Positions 9,444-19,799 of a stretch of 64,000 nucleotides of DNA are shown here, piece after piece. The notes below the pieces were generated by a model that saw only the letters and a list, made by a program, of their open reading frames with translations, made no database searches and was not told the DNA's origin. The DNA lies in assembly GCA_046597065.1 (NCBI GenBank), contig JBKJLI010000003.1:290841-354840 (forward strand). The letters run 5' to 3'. Origin of the DNA: Candidatus Saccharimonadia bacterium (GTDB lineage: Bacteria; Patescibacteriota; Saccharimonadia; UBA4664; SCTI01). The position numbers were made by a program, and so were the translations under genes. The stretch's first letter is position 1, and each line of letters opens with the position of its first letter.

Positions 9444-9529
9444 CACCATCTTCGCGTTTAACGCGGAAACCACACGAGTATTCCTCCTCCTCGTGGCGTC
9501 GGAACCTGACGGGGGCGTCAGGCGGTAAA

Positions 9530-9559
9530 CGGGCCCGGTCCTTCATTGGACCGGGCCCG
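9530..9559 (+). terminator. GC-rich hairpin terminator
   Basis: CGGGCCCGGTCC-ttcatt-GGACCGGGCCCG perfect 12 bp stem. Confidence 0.7.
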
Positions 9560-9598
9560 GAAGTATTTTTAGGCACTTATATCTGCTACATTATGGAC

Positions 9599-9904
9599 AT
9601 GAAGCCAAATTGTTTGTTTTGCAAAATTATCGCCGACAACAGCTCATTGGTTTGGCAAAACGAGGAGTTTGCAGCCTTTAAGGACATCCACCCGAAGGCT
9701 AACCTTCATCTGTTAATAGTGCCCAAACTGCATATAGATAGTCTTGATCATCTGCCACCGGCTGAGTCACCCGGATTAATCGCTGCCATTCACCAAGTGG
9801 CTGAATCGCAGGGGGTTAAGGGAGCTTATTGGGTTCAGGTCAACGTTGGTAGAGCCGGAGGCCAAGAAATCGATCATTTGCACGTCCATTTGCTAGCTAG
9901 TTGA
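9599..9904 (+). CDS. HIT family nucleotide-binding protein
   Basis: CLFCKI, F.DIHPKA..H.L..PK.H, GQEIDHLHVH. Confidence 0.92.
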   Translation: MKPNCLFCKIIADNSSLVWQNEEFAAFKDIHPKANLHLLIVPKLHIDSLDHLPPAESPGLIAAIHQVAESQGVKGAYWVQVNVGRAGGQEIDHLHVHLLAS

Positions 9905-9978
9905 TATTGCCCCAAGCGGTATTATCAGGTAAGATGATCTGGTGACTCAACCGAGTCGGAAAGGCAGGTGATTAAACT

Positions 9979-10188
9979 TTGCTTCAAGTAACTCGCAAAG
10001 ACGACAAGGAATCATTAGAAAACCTGATTAGGCGCTTTAACAAGAAAGTGCAGCAATCGGGTGTATTAGGTGTCGCTCGACGCAAACGTACTTTTGAGCG
10101 CCCCTTAACTAAGCGGGCCCAGCGTGAAATCGCCATCCGCAAAACCGCTCGCAAGGCTGCCAAAGCCAAGCAGGCAATGTACCGCTAA
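9979..10188 (+). CDS. rpsU: 30S ribosomal protein bS21
   Basis: ESLENLIRRFNKKVQQSGVL...R...FE.P; precedes yqeY as in many bacteria. Confidence 0.85.
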   Translation: MLQVTRKDDKESLENLIRRFNKKVQQSGVLGVARRKRTFERPLTKRAQREIAIRKTARKAAKAKQAMYR

Positions 10189-10213
10189 TATCGGATAGTT
10201 TAGGTATTACCAG

Positions 10214-10657
10214 ATGTCACTGATGCAACAGCTAGATCAAGATCTTACTACCGCTATGAAAGGTGGAGATGCAGCGCGCACAGGCGTCATTCGCTTAATT
10301 AAAAACGGTTTTAAGAATGAGCAGATCAAGCTTGGCCACGATCTAAGTGAAGATGAAGCTCTTAAAGTGGTTGCGAGAGAAGCCAAACAGCGTCGCGATT
10401 CAATCGAACAGTATTTAAAGGCTAATCGTAAAGACTTGGCCGACGCGGAGCAGGCAGAGTTAGAAATTATTAATTCTTATCTGCCTAAACAGATGGACGA
10501 AAAAGAGTTAGGAATAATTGTCGATTCGGTGATTGCCGAAACTGGCGCTAGTGGGCCGGCCCAGATGGGGCAGGTTATTGGCGCCGTAATGCAAAAAGTG
10601 GCTGGTGCGGCCGATGGTGCTGCGGTATCTAATTTGGTACGAGCCCGCCTGAAATGA
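10214..10657 (+). CDS. yqeY: GatB/YqeY domain protein
   Basis: AMK......IR, KQRRDSIEQY...R.DLA..E..E...YLPKQ, MG.V...V. Confidence 0.93.
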   Translation: MSLMQQLDQDLTTAMKGGDAARTGVIRLIKNGFKNEQIKLGHDLSEDEALKVVAREAKQRRDSIEQYLKANRKDLADAEQAELEIINSYLPKQMDEKELGIIVDSVIAETGASGPAQMGQVIGAVMQKVAGAADGAAVSNLVRARLK

Positions 10658-11106
10658 CCATAAACCTGGTTGGTGACTGGCCGGCCAACCTGGCCAAAGC
10701 CGCTCAATCGGTGAACGCAGTACTAATTAGTCAACCCGATATCAAGGCACCGATCGGCGTAGTTAACCTGAAATTGGTTGACGCGAGCGAAAGCCAGGCG
10801 TTAAATAAACGTTATAGCGGTAACGCTTACGCCACCGATGTACTGACCTTTAATTACCATGAAAGTGAGCCCTTATCCCTTACGGCTGCCGATATTGCTA
10901 TCTGTTTACCGGTTGCCGAAAAGCAGGCAAGGGCGGCCGGCAGCAGGCTAGAAGATGAGTTGGCTCTGCTTACGGCTCACGGCCTATTGCACGTTTGTGG
11001 TCACGACCACGCCGATAGTCGTGGACGAGTCAGTATGGAGTCTAGGCAGCAGCAGATTATTAAGCTGGCCGGGTATGAATACCGGGAGTATAAATGGGAG
11101 CAGTAA
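10654..11106 (+). CDS. ybeY: rRNA maturation endonuclease YbeY
   Basis: LN..Y......TDVLTF, HGLLHVCGHDH. Confidence 0.92.
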   Translation: MTINLVGDWPANLAKAAQSVNAVLISQPDIKAPIGVVNLKLVDASESQALNKRYSGNAYATDVLTFNYHESEPLSLTAADIAICLPVAEKQARAAGSRLEDELALLTAHGLLHVCGHDHADSRGRVSMESRQQQIIKLAGYEYREYKWEQ

Positions 11107-11468
11107 TGAAGTTTACTAAAAGTCTTAGAGCCGCTTTTGATGGGTTGGTCTACGTTGTAAAAAGCGAGCAAAACGCCCGTATTCATCTGTTAACGGCAAT
11201 TATTGCCCTAGCCGCCGGCGTGCTCTTGGGAGTGTCAAACGCCGAGCTGGCGGCCATCTTTTTTGCCATCATTATTGTTTTTATTGCAGAAATTGTTAAC
11301 ACTGCTGTTGAAGAGATTTTAGATTTAGTAGAGCCGGCCAAAAATGAGCAGGTGAAAATGGTTAAAGATATTGCCGCCGCCGCCGTATTGGTAGCCTCAA
11401 TCGGTGCTGCTGCGATTGGCTTGGCAATCTATGCACCATACGTAACAGAGCTGTTATGGCACCGCTAA
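11106..11468 (+). CDS. dgkA: Diacylglycerol/undecaprenol kinase (DgkA family)
   Basis: E.N.RIH, AEIVNTAVE..D, KDIAAAAVL. Confidence 0.9.
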   Translation: MKFTKSLRAAFDGLVYVVKSEQNARIHLLTAIIALAAGVLLGVSNAELAAIFFAIIIVFIAEIVNTAVEEILDLVEPAKNEQVKMVKDIAAAAVLVASIGAAAIGLAIYAPYVTELLWHR

Positions 11469-12007
11469 TTACCATTATGGGGCCAATTGGATCCGGTAAA
11501 ACCGATCAGGCGCAGCGTTTAGCCGCCGATTTAGGGTGGCTAACCTTTTCAACCGGCCAATTAGTGCGCGAGGATGGCGATGTCGCTGCTATGGCAGCCG
11601 CCCAGATAGGCAAGCTTGCCCCCACAGCATACGTCCAAGAGTTGGTACTTGCCAAAATCAAATCGATCCCCAAAACTACCGGCATTATTTTAGATGGTTC
11701 ACCGCGAATGTTGGCCGAGGTTGAGCGAATGGAGCGCGACCTGCCCAAATTAGGGCGCAAACTTAATTTGGCCATTTTTTTGCAGATTAAAGAGTCGGTA
11801 GTCGAGCAACGTCTGGCCAAGCGCGGCCGTAGCGATGATCAACCCGAGATTATTAGAGTGCGCTGGGATGAGTACCAGCGAGATACCGTTCCAGTGGTGG
11901 CTTATTTACGCTCAAAGGAAGCGGTTTGTGAAGTTGAGGCCGATGCCAGCCTGGATGAAGTTGCCATTTCGATCAAAAAATGTTTGGAACAACGTGGTCT
12001 CATCTAG
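11456..12007 (+). CDS. adk: Adenylate kinase family protein (short, no LID domain)
   Basis: GPIGSGKT, STGQLVR, ILDGSPR, RGRSDD. Confidence 0.8.
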   Translation: MAPLITIMGPIGSGKTDQAQRLAADLGWLTFSTGQLVREDGDVAAMAAAQIGKLAPTAYVQELVLAKIKSIPKTTGIILDGSPRMLAEVERMERDLPKLGRKLNLAIFLQIKESVVEQRLAKRGRSDDQPEIIRVRWDEYQRDTVPVVAYLRSKEAVCEVEADASLDEVAISIKKCLEQRGLI

Positions 12008-12749
12008 CCAGATTAAAACAGCCGGCGAAATCGCCACAATGCGGCGTGGCGGTAGGATGCTGGCGCAAGTGCTAGAGGTTGTTGGAATGGCGGCCAAACC
12101 TGGCATAACGCCGGCCGAGCTAAGCGCCTTGGCCGGTCGCGAGGTACAGCGACTTGGAGGTGAACCGGCCTTTTTAGGCCATCAGGGCTTTTCGGCACCC
12201 ATCTGCATATCGGTCAACGATGCGGTGGTACATGGTATACCGGGCAAAATCCCACTGCGCGATGGTGATATCGTTGGGCTAGATTTTGGCGTGCGGCTAA
12301 ATGGTATGCTAACCGATGGCGCGGTTACAGTTGCTGTCGGATCAATCGATTCTGAAGCCCAGCGGTTACTAGATGTAACTAAAGCGGCGCTTGCGGCTGG
12401 CATTAAGGCGTCTCGCGGTGGCAATCGGGTGGGCGATATATCGGCGGCCGTCGAGCGGGTGCTAAGGGCCGGCGGCCTCGGTGTGATTGAGGATTTGGTT
12501 GGTCATGGCGTTGGCCACAGCCTGTGGGAGGAGCCTCAGGTTCCCAACTACGGCCCGGCCGGCAAGGGCCCCAAGCTGGTTCCGGGTATGACCATTGCGA
12601 TTGAGCCGATGGCGACCCTGGGCAGCCACCAAATCAAGACCGACAGCGACCACTGGACCATCCGCACTATCGATGGCAGCCTGGCCGCCCAGTTCGAACA
12701 CACAATTGCCATTACCCCCGGTGCTCCCCAAATTCTGACCGCCCTTTAG
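11994..12749 (+). CDS. map: Type I methionine aminopeptidase (start moved to GTG 11994)
   Basis: CISVND.VVHGIP, GDIV..DFG, GHGVG...EEP, AIEPM, AQFEHT. Confidence 0.95.
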   Translation: MVSSSQIKTAGEIATMRRGGRMLAQVLEVVGMAAKPGITPAELSALAGREVQRLGGEPAFLGHQGFSAPICISVNDAVVHGIPGKIPLRDGDIVGLDFGVRLNGMLTDGAVTVAVGSIDSEAQRLLDVTKAALAAGIKASRGGNRVGDISAAVERVLRAGGLGVIEDLVGHGVGHSLWEEPQVPNYGPAGKGPKLVPGMTIAIEPMATLGSHQIKTDSDHWTIRTIDGSLAAQFEHTIAITPGAPQILTAL

Positions 12750-12821
12750 ATTGCATCAGCTTGCCTTCGGGTGAGCGTAACCACTATAATGGGGGTTAGC
12801 GATAAGGAGCGGACACAGCAA

Positions 12822-14066
12822 GTGGCAGCCCGCGGGCAAGAAGAAATTTTCATCGGTTTAGATATTGGCAGCACCAAAGTGTGCTGTATTGTTGGTCTGC
12901 ACGAAGAAACCGCCGCCCAGCCTAGTATTATTGGAGTTGGTGTCGCGCCGGTTTCGGGACTACGCAAAGGCGAGGTCATAGATATTGAAGAGACGGTTTC
13001 ATCAATCACCGCGGCGGTTGATGAGGCTGAACGAATTTCTGGCGTCCCGATTGACCGAGCCACTATCAACCTAGACGGTGCTCACGTAGAGAGCCTAAAC
13101 TCTAGCGGCGTGATCGCAGTGGGTCGCGCTGATCAAGAGATCTCTGTAGAGGATGTTCGCCGCGCTGAGGAAGCCGCCGCCGCCGTCCAGCTACCGCCAA
13201 ACCGCGAGATCATCCAAATGTTCCCGCGCTCGTTTAGCGTTGATGGTCAGCATAATATTAAAGACCCAGTAGGAATGAACGGTGTGCGGCTAGAGGTCCA
13301 GACCCATGTTGTCACTGGCTCTATCCCTGTAATAAAGAACTTACATCGCAGCATTTATCAGGCTGGTATTGATATTGAAGGTCAGGTACTGGTACCCTTG
13401 GCCGCCGCCCGTGCGGTTTTAACCAAAAAGCAGATGGAGCTAGGTGTAGCGGTTGTTGATATAGGTGGAGGCACTACCGGCGTTGCGATTTATGAGGAAG
13501 GGGAGATTCTTTATTCAAGCGTGTTGCCCGTTGGGGCTACCCACATTACAAACGATATTGCGATTGGGCTACGTACAGATGTAGAAGTGGCTGAAAAAAT
13601 TAAGCTTGAACATGTCAAAGCTTACGTTGGCCGGCCAATTGCCGCCAGCGAAAAAGTAAGGATAGATGAGTTGGGGAGTGAAGCCGGGCTAGTATCAAAG
13701 CGGGATCTATTTGGGATCGCCGAAGCTCGCTTAGAAGAGATTTTTGGTATGGTACACGATGAGTTCAAAAAGGTGCATAAGGCTGGGATGTTACCCGGCG
13801 GGGTTGTACTAACCGGCGGAGGTGCCAAAATGCCAGGTATTGAACAGCTTGCAAAGCAGTTATTAAAGCTACCGGTAGTGATTGGTAAGCCCGAGGGTTT
13901 AAGCGGTTTAAGTGATAAAGTTAATGATCCGGCCTTTGCAGTACCGGTAGGTCTGATGCTAGAGAATATGAACTACGCCGGTGGCAGCGGCAGTGGTCGA
14001 ACAAGCGATAGATTAGGCGATACCGTAGATAGGATTCGCAAAACACTTCGTAATTTACTGCCTTAA
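12822..14066 (+). CDS. ftsA: Cell division protein FtsA (likely start GTG 12822)
   Basis: GLDIGSTKV, VVDIGGGTT, GVVLTGGGA; AAGGAG upstream. Confidence 0.96.
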   Translation: MAARGQEEIFIGLDIGSTKVCCIVGLHEETAAQPSIIGVGVAPVSGLRKGEVIDIEETVSSITAAVDEAERISGVPIDRATINLDGAHVESLNSSGVIAVGRADQEISVEDVRRAEEAAAAVQLPPNREIIQMFPRSFSVDGQHNIKDPVGMNGVRLEVQTHVVTGSIPVIKNLHRSIYQAGIDIEGQVLVPLAAARAVLTKKQMELGVAVVDIGGGTTGVAIYEEGEILYSSVLPVGATHITNDIAIGLRTDVEVAEKIKLEHVKAYVGRPIAASEKVRIDELGSEAGLVSKRDLFGIAEARLEEIFGMVHDEFKKVHKAGMLPGGVVLTGGGAKMPGIEQLAKQLLKLPVVIGKPEGLSGLSDKVNDPAFAVPVGLMLENMNYAGGSGSGRTSDRLGDTVDRIRKTLRNLLP

Positions 14067-14569
14067 TAAATTCTCAAACACCCAAATATTTGTAGCGCAT
14101 TGCTTCATTATGAAACATTTCTATATTTTCATATACTAATATTTAAGTACTTATTACACTCATAAAGCTGTGTAGAAGCTATTAGTTGGTTGTAGTTATA
14201 ACAACTGTATATAAAGCTATTTCAAAATATATTATCGAATCAGTACGACCAAACTCATCTGGATAAGCGCTTATGCTAGGCATAATCAAGATATTACTAA
14301 TCTAACTTGTCCCCAGTAATTTGCCGCCCAATTTAAACCTGTTAACAAGCTATACCTATCAGTGCTGACATCGGGCACTTTTATTACCAGTATGACTGTA
14401 TAAATAATGTGAACAATAATTATACTCAAATAATCTTGAACAATTAATTTGCATTGCGTGAACACATTAACTAAACTCTGTTTATACCGCTTATTTAAGA
14501 AAAACTTAATCTGTCGTCCATCTGGATGAATGGCTAAAAGCGGTCATGTGGTAAGGAGAATTTATAGTT

Positions 14570-15964
14570 ATGGCAGAGGTATTGCCCGATATTCAGACTT
14601 TTGCGCGCATTAAAGTGTGTGGAGTCGGCGGCGGCGGCGCATCCGCGGTCGAGAGAATGATTAAATCTAAGGTTCAGGGTATTGAGTTTGTAACCATCAA
14701 TACTGATGCTCAGTCACTGCATCATTCACATGCTCAAACCAAGATCCATATTGGTCAGAGCTTAACCCGAGGCCTGGGAGCAGGAGCAGATCCGCAAATC
14801 GGACGCAAGGCGGCCGAAGAAAACGAACAAGAAATTCGTGATGCGCTTAAGGGAACCGAGATGGTCTTTATTACGGCCGGCGAAGGTGGCGGCACCGGTA
14901 CTGGTGCCGCTCCATTGATTGCTCAGATTGCTCGCGAATCGGGGGCGCTTGTCGTGGGTATTGTTACTAAGCCCTTCACCTTCGAAGGTGAACGTCGTTC
15001 CGCACAAGCTGACAAGGGGATTGAAGAGCTAAAAGACCACGTTGATACCCTTATCACCATACCAAACGACCGCCTTCTAGATATGATCGACCGCAAAACT
15101 TCACTCCTTGATGCCTTTAAGGTGGTGGACGATGTATTGCAACAGGGTGTCCAGGGCATCTCAGATTTAATCACGGTACATGGTTTAATTAACCTCGACT
15201 TTGCCGATATTAAGTCGATCATGCAAGACGCCGGCTCGGCCCTTATGGGCATTGGCCAGGCCAAGGGCGAAAACCGCGCTCTAGAAGCCGCTAAGCAAGC
15301 TATCGACTCACCTTTACTCGAGGTTAATATTGAGGGTGCAAAGGGTGTGTTGTTTAATATCACCGGTGGGCGGAATATGAGCATGCATGAAATTGATGAA
15401 GCCGCCAAACTGATCACAGAAGCAGTTGATCCTAATGCAAATATTATATTTGGTGCGGTGCTAGATGAGGAGATGGAAGACAATATCAAGATCACCGTGG
15501 TTGCAACCGGTTTTGAAGGTGGTCGCCAGGTTTCGCGCCCTGCTATGGGTCGCACACCCGAAGTTGCGACCGAATCCATTCGTCCAACATTTCTAGACCT
15601 GGAGCCTTTACCAGACCCAGACCCAGAGCCGGTTGCCAGCCGGTTTTCTAAAGGCCCATTTATTGATGAAAAGCTTGATGACAAGCCGGCAAACCTAAGT
15701 GAACACAGTGATCTGTTCTTTGATGAGCCGTCGAAGCCCAGTGTTAACTCAATTGAACCAGAAGTATTAGAGGATGACGTCCGCAAGCCCGAGATGCATC
15801 ATGACTCAAGCCATGAAGATAAAGAGGATGCTAAAGGCGAGCCAGCCAAGAGTAAAAGCGGGGCACGCTCTTTGTTTGACCGCGCCAGCAAGGCCGTTAC
15901 CGGTCGCGGAGGTGATGACGATTTAGACGTCCCCGCCTTCATTCGCCGCCGCAAAAACAAGTAA
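14570..15964 (+). CDS. ftsZ: Cell division protein FtsZ with long acidic linker
   Basis: GGGTGTG signature, INLDFAD, C-terminal [10 protein letters not shown]. Confidence 0.98.
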   Translation: MAEVLPDIQTFARIKVCGVGGGGASAVERMIKSKVQGIEFVTINTDAQSLHHSHAQTKIHIGQSLTRGLGAGADPQIGRKAAEENEQEIRDALKGTEMVFITAGEGGGTGTGAAPLIAQIARESGALVVGIVTKPFTFEGERRSAQADKGIEELKDHVDTLITIPNDRLLDMIDRKTSLLDAFKVVDDVLQQGVQGISDLITVHGLINLDFADIKSIMQDAGSALMGIGQAKGENRALEAAKQAIDSPLLEVNIEGAKGVLFNITGGRNMSMHEIDEAAKLITEAVDPNANIIFGAVLDEEMEDNIKITVVATGFEGGRQVSRPAMGRTPEVATESIRPTFLDLEPLPDPDPEPVASRFSKGPFIDEKLDDKPANLSEHSDLFFDEPSKPSVNSIEPEVLEDDVRKPEMHHDSSHEDKEDAKGEPAKSKSGARSLFDRASKAVTGRGGDDDLDVPAFIRRRKNK

Positions 15965-16027
15965 AGCCTTGGCCAGGCATAACCGGCTTGACACCACAAC
16001 CATTAGCGTTATGATTGTTATACATAA

Positions 16028-16043
16028 CACTAAATGTGGGGTT
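16028..16043 (+). promoter_or_regulatory. Putative NrdR box upstream of nrdR
   Basis: ACACTAAATGTGGGGT resembles consensus acaCwAtATaTwGtgt; TTGACA-16-TATGAT at 15988-16015. Confidence 0.5.
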
Positions 16044-16053
16044 TACCGTTCAA

Positions 16054-16515
16054 ATGCGCTGTCCGGATTGTGCTTATATCGACTCTCGAGTTATCGAATC
16101 ACGTGATCTCGAAGAGGGTGGGTCAATTAGACGGCGCCGTCAGTGCTTAAAGTGTAACTTTCGATTTACTACATATGAACGAGTTGAGGCCTCGCGCTTG
16201 GCTGTCATTAAAAAGGATGGCCGCCGCGAGCCATTTAATCGTGCAAAGCTGGCCAGCGGCCTGCACCGAGCAGTTGAAAAGCGGCCGGTAGCTACCGCCA
16301 AAGTCGAGGAGGTTATCGACCTTATAGAGCGTCAATTACGCAGTAGCGGCGACTCAGAGATTGAGGCTTCAAGAATTGGTGAGTTGGTCATGGCCGCTCT
16401 GTTGGAACTCGACGAAGTAGCTTATGTGCGTTTTGCCAGTGTTTACCGCTCATTTACCGATGTGGCGGCCTTTGAAACCGAACTGGCGCGTATAAAATCA
16501 CGCGGCCGGCCATGA
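16054..16515 (+). CDS. nrdR: Transcriptional repressor NrdR
   Basis: MRCPDC...SR...IRRRRQC..C..RFTTYER, ATP cone, VAYVRFASVY. Confidence 0.97.
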   Translation: MRCPDCAYIDSRVIESRDLEEGGSIRRRRQCLKCNFRFTTYERVEASRLAVIKKDGRREPFNRAKLASGLHRAVEKRPVATAKVEEVIDLIERQLRSSGDSEIEASRIGELVMAALLELDEVAYVRFASVYRSFTDVAAFETELARIKSRGRP

Positions 16516-16754
16516 AGTTCTAATAATTGCGGTTTAACACCGGTTCGGGGGCATTAAAACAAACATCAAAATAATGCTTTCCGAATCGGCGCTCAACCGC
16601 CGAGATGGCCTTTGACAACCAGCAGTTAGACACAAAATGCTGCATCAACCGATGGGCTTTCCGAGACGACTTTAGATAATAAAGTTGTGTCGGAAAGTCG
16701 CTAAAAGGCGATGTGGTAACCAAACACTACCGCCGCTAAAGCGGCAGGAGAACC

Positions 16755-19673
16755 ATGACCGACACTCTGGCTGCCGCATCTGTGGCAGCAACACCTGAAC
16801 CCAAGGGCATGACAGTGAAGCGTCGCTTCACCACGCCTGGGGTGCACCCGTTCGACACCGTCGAGTGGGAGTTGCGTGACGCTCGCATTGGACACGGCGA
16901 CAAGGTCGCGTTCGAGCAGAAGGGCGTCGAGTTCCCGACTACCTGGAGCCAGAACTCAACCAACATCGTGGCCCAGAAGTACTTCCGCGGTCAACTGGAC
17001 TCGCCAGCGCGAGAGCGTTCGGTGAAGCAGATGATCTCGCGAGTGGCCAACACCATTACCGAATGGGGCCATGAGCACGGATACTTCGCCACTCAGGAAG
17101 ACGGCGATGCGTTCCAGGACGAGCTGACCTACTTCCTGTTGCACCAGATGGCGGCCTTTAACAGCCCGGTCTGGTTCAATGTCGGGTTTGAAGATCAGCC
17201 GCAGTGCAGCGCCTGCTTCATCCTCAGCGTCGACGACACCCTGGATTCGATTCTGGACTGGAACACCAAGGAAGGTAAGATCTTCCGTGGTGGCTCTGGA
17301 TCGGGCATCAACCTGTCGAACATCCGCGGCTCGGTAGAGCCGTTGAGCAAGGGCGGCACGGCCTCTGGGCCGGTGTCGTTCATGCGCGGGACCGATTCTT
17401 GGGCTGGCACCATCAAGTCCGGCGGCAAGACGCGTCGGGCGGCTAAGATGGTCATCCTCGACATCGATCACCCGGATGTGGGTGAGTTCATCTGGTGCAA
17501 GGCCAAGGAAGAGGACAAGGCCGAGGCCTTGCGCGACGCCGGCTTCGACATGTCGATTGACGGCGAAGGGTTCAAGAGCATCCAGTATCAGAACGCCAAC
17601 AACTCGGTGCGTGTGAGCGATGAGTTCATGCGTGCCGTTGAGGCAGATGAGACATGGGTGCTGAAGGCGCGGGCCGATGGTTTGCCGGTAGGCGAGCCGA
17701 TTCCGGCTCGTGAGCTGATGCGTGACATCGCCAAAGCCGCCTGGCGCTGCGCTGATCCTGGTGTACAGTATGACACCGTGATCAACCAGTGGCACACCTG
17801 CCCGAAGTCTGGGCGCATCAACGCCTCGAACCCCTGCAGCGAGTACATGCATGTCGATAACTCGGCCTGCAACCTCGCCAGCCTCAACCTGATGAAGTTC
17901 CGTCAGCCGGACGGCACGCTGGACGTGGCAGCTTACGAGCATGCCATCGACATCGTGTTCATGGCTCAGGAAATTCTGGTGGGACCGTCGAGCTACCCGA
18001 CCGATGAGATCGGGATCAATGCTCGGGCGTTTCGTCAGCTTGGTATGGGGTACACCAACCTCGGCGCCTACCTGATGGCAGACGGCACTCCGTACGACTC
18101 GGATGCCGCTCGTGGAACGGCAGCGGCCCTTGCGGCGCTGATGACCGGTCGGGCCTATCGCCAGTCAGCCATGATGGCTGATGCAGTCGGCCCGTACGAG
18201 CGCTACCAGCTCAACCACGAGGGTCACATGGGTGTGATGCAGATGCATCGTGATGCGGCCCACGAGCTGCCGGATTCAGGGGTTGCGGATACGGCGTTGC
18301 ATATGGCCGCCCGTAATGCGTGGGACGATGTGGTCGAACTTGGCAACGAGTACGGCTTCCGTAACGCCCAGGCCACGGTGCTCGCGCCGACGGGGACGAT
18401 TTCGTTCCTGATGGACTGCGACACCACAGGTGTTGAGCCGGACTTCTCCTTGGTGAAGTTCAAGGAGCTGGTGGGCGGCGGTCAGATGACCATCGTTAAC
18501 CAGACGATCCCAAGTGCCCTTGCCAATCTTGGGTACACGCCCGAGCAGGTAGAGGCAATCAAGGACTACATCGAGGAGCCGATTCCGGTTGGCGAACCCG
18601 TAGATGGGGTGCAGCTGATGCAGGCTCGTGGCACCATCGTTGGTGCCCCGGGGATCAGCAAAGAGGATCTGCCGGTGTTCGATGTGGCGGTGGGTGAGCG
18701 GGCGATCGCTCCGATGGGTCACATCAAGATGATGGGCGCTGTTCAGCCCTTCATCAGTGGTGCGATCTCGAAGACGGTCAACATGCCGGCTAGCTCGACG
18801 GTCGAAGACATCTACGATGCCTACATGGATTCGTGGAAGCTCGGCGTGAAGGCACTGGCCATCTACCGCGATGGGTCTAAGACGGCCCAGGCGCTGCGCA
18901 CCGATGCGCAGTTGGGCCAGGATGGTGCGGCAGATGAGCCGTTGTTCACACAGGCTCAGGTGGATGAGTTGATCACCAAGGCCAATGGCTCAATCGGCCC
19001 GTTGCGTCGCAAGATGCCTCGGGAGCGACAGTCATTGACCCACAAGTTCACGATCGGTGGACACGAGGGTTACATCACTGCCGGCAAGTACGAGGACGGC
19101 ACGCTGGGTGAGATCTTCCTGACCGACATCGGGAAGGAAGGTTCAACCATGCGAGGGATGATGAACTCCTTCGCCACGATGGTTTCGATCGCGCTCCAGT
19201 ACGGTGTGCCGCTCGAGACTCTGGCAAGGAAGTTCAGCTACGTTCGCTTTGAGCCGGAGGGGATCACACAGAACATCGAGATCCCGTTCGCAAAGAGCAT
19301 GCCCGACTACATCATGCGTTGGTTGGCTTCGCGCTTCCTCGATCCTAGCATTCAGCTGGAATTGGGGATCAGAACGCCGGCCGCCGAAGCATTGAAGGCG
19401 GATCAAGAGGCTGCCACCAGTGTGCTGGAAACAGCTGCACCGGTGGTGAAAACTCCTGCAAAGCCGCCTGGTGCAGAGCTGGGTCCTCAGGGTTCCATTA
19501 CCCACACCGCCGCAGCTGAGGGCAATGGCAACGGAGTTCATCAGCCGGTCATGACACAACACAACGTGCAGTTGGACGCTGGCCCTCCATGCAAAATCTG
19601 TGGAGGCATGACACAGCGTTCGGGAGTCTGCTACGTTTGCTCCCAGTGCGGTGCAACAACCGGTTGCAGTTGA
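16755..19673 (+). CDS. nrdJ: Class II (B12-dependent) ribonucleotide reductase
   Basis: FNSPVWFN, PQCSACFI, ASNPCSE, APTGTISF, SGAISKTVN, TSCPD domain, C-terminal CxxC/CxxC...GCS. Confidence 0.96.
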   Translation: MTDTLAAASVAATPEPKGMTVKRRFTTPGVHPFDTVEWELRDARIGHGDKVAFEQKGVEFPTTWSQNSTNIVAQKYFRGQLDSPARERSVKQMISRVANTITEWGHEHGYFATQEDGDAFQDELTYFLLHQMAAFNSPVWFNVGFEDQPQCSACFILSVDDTLDSILDWNTKEGKIFRGGSGSGINLSNIRGSVEPLSKGGTASGPVSFMRGTDSWAGTIKSGGKTRRAAKMVILDIDHPDVGEFIWCKAKEEDKAEALRDAGFDMSIDGEGFKSIQYQNANNSVRVSDEFMRAVEADETWVLKARADGLPVGEPIPARELMRDIAKAAWRCADPGVQYDTVINQWHTCPKSGRINASNPCSEYMHVDNSACNLASLNLMKFRQPDGTLDVAAYEHAIDIVFMAQEILVGPSSYPTDEIGINARAFRQLGMGYTNLGAYLMADGTPYDSDAARGTAAALAALMTGRAYRQSAMMADAVGPYERYQLNHEGHMGVMQMHRDAAHELPDSGVADTALHMAARNAWDDVVELGNEYGFRNAQATVLAPTGTISFLMDCDTTGVEPDFSLVKFKELVGGGQMTIVNQTIPSALANLGYTPEQVEAIKDYIEEPIPVGEPVDGVQLMQARGTIVGAPGISKEDLPVFDVAVGERAIAPMGHIKMMGAVQPFISGAISKTVNMPASSTVEDIYDAYMDSWKLGVKALAIYRDGSKTAQALRTDAQLGQDGAADEPLFTQAQVDELITKANGSIGPLRRKMPRERQSLTHKFTIGGHEGYITAGKYEDGTLGEIFLTDIGKEGSTMRGMMNSFATMVSIALQYGVPLETLARKFSYVRFEPEGITQNIEIPFAKSMPDYIMRWLASRFLDPSIQLELGIRTPAAEALKADQEAATSVLETAAPVVKTPAKPPGAELGPQGSITHTAAAEGNGNGVHQPVMTQHNVQLDAGPPCKICGGMTQRSGVCYVCSQCGATTGCS

Positions 19674-19799
19674 TCAATTAACAATCGTGGCCGCAGCGGG
19701 TCACGGGTATTCGTCCCATGGAACCAGGGCGATCCAAGTAAAGAAGAGGTTCCACATGTTTGGCGAGGGTGTGAAACCTATCACACCTCCGTCTGCTAG

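Noticed and set aside
9159-9473. Minus-strand 104 aa ORF as the real gene
   Set aside because: The plus strand has AAGGAGG, promoter-like sequence and downstream hairpins; the minus ORF is not fully excluded but is less supported
11835-11993. N-terminal extensions in the ORF track (map, also proS, rpmE, yggT, nrdR)
   Set aside because: They overlap upstream genes or promoters; family motifs start at later start codons
16640-16754. Cobalamin riboswitch before nrdJ
   Set aside because: Too short and no recognisable B12-box or GGGAA/GCCACTG elements; only simple hairpins
14923-19562. Long antisense ORFs over ftsZ and nrdJ (287 aa, 328 aa and others)
   Set aside because: Shadow frames expected opposite biased-codon genes; no motifs or expression signals
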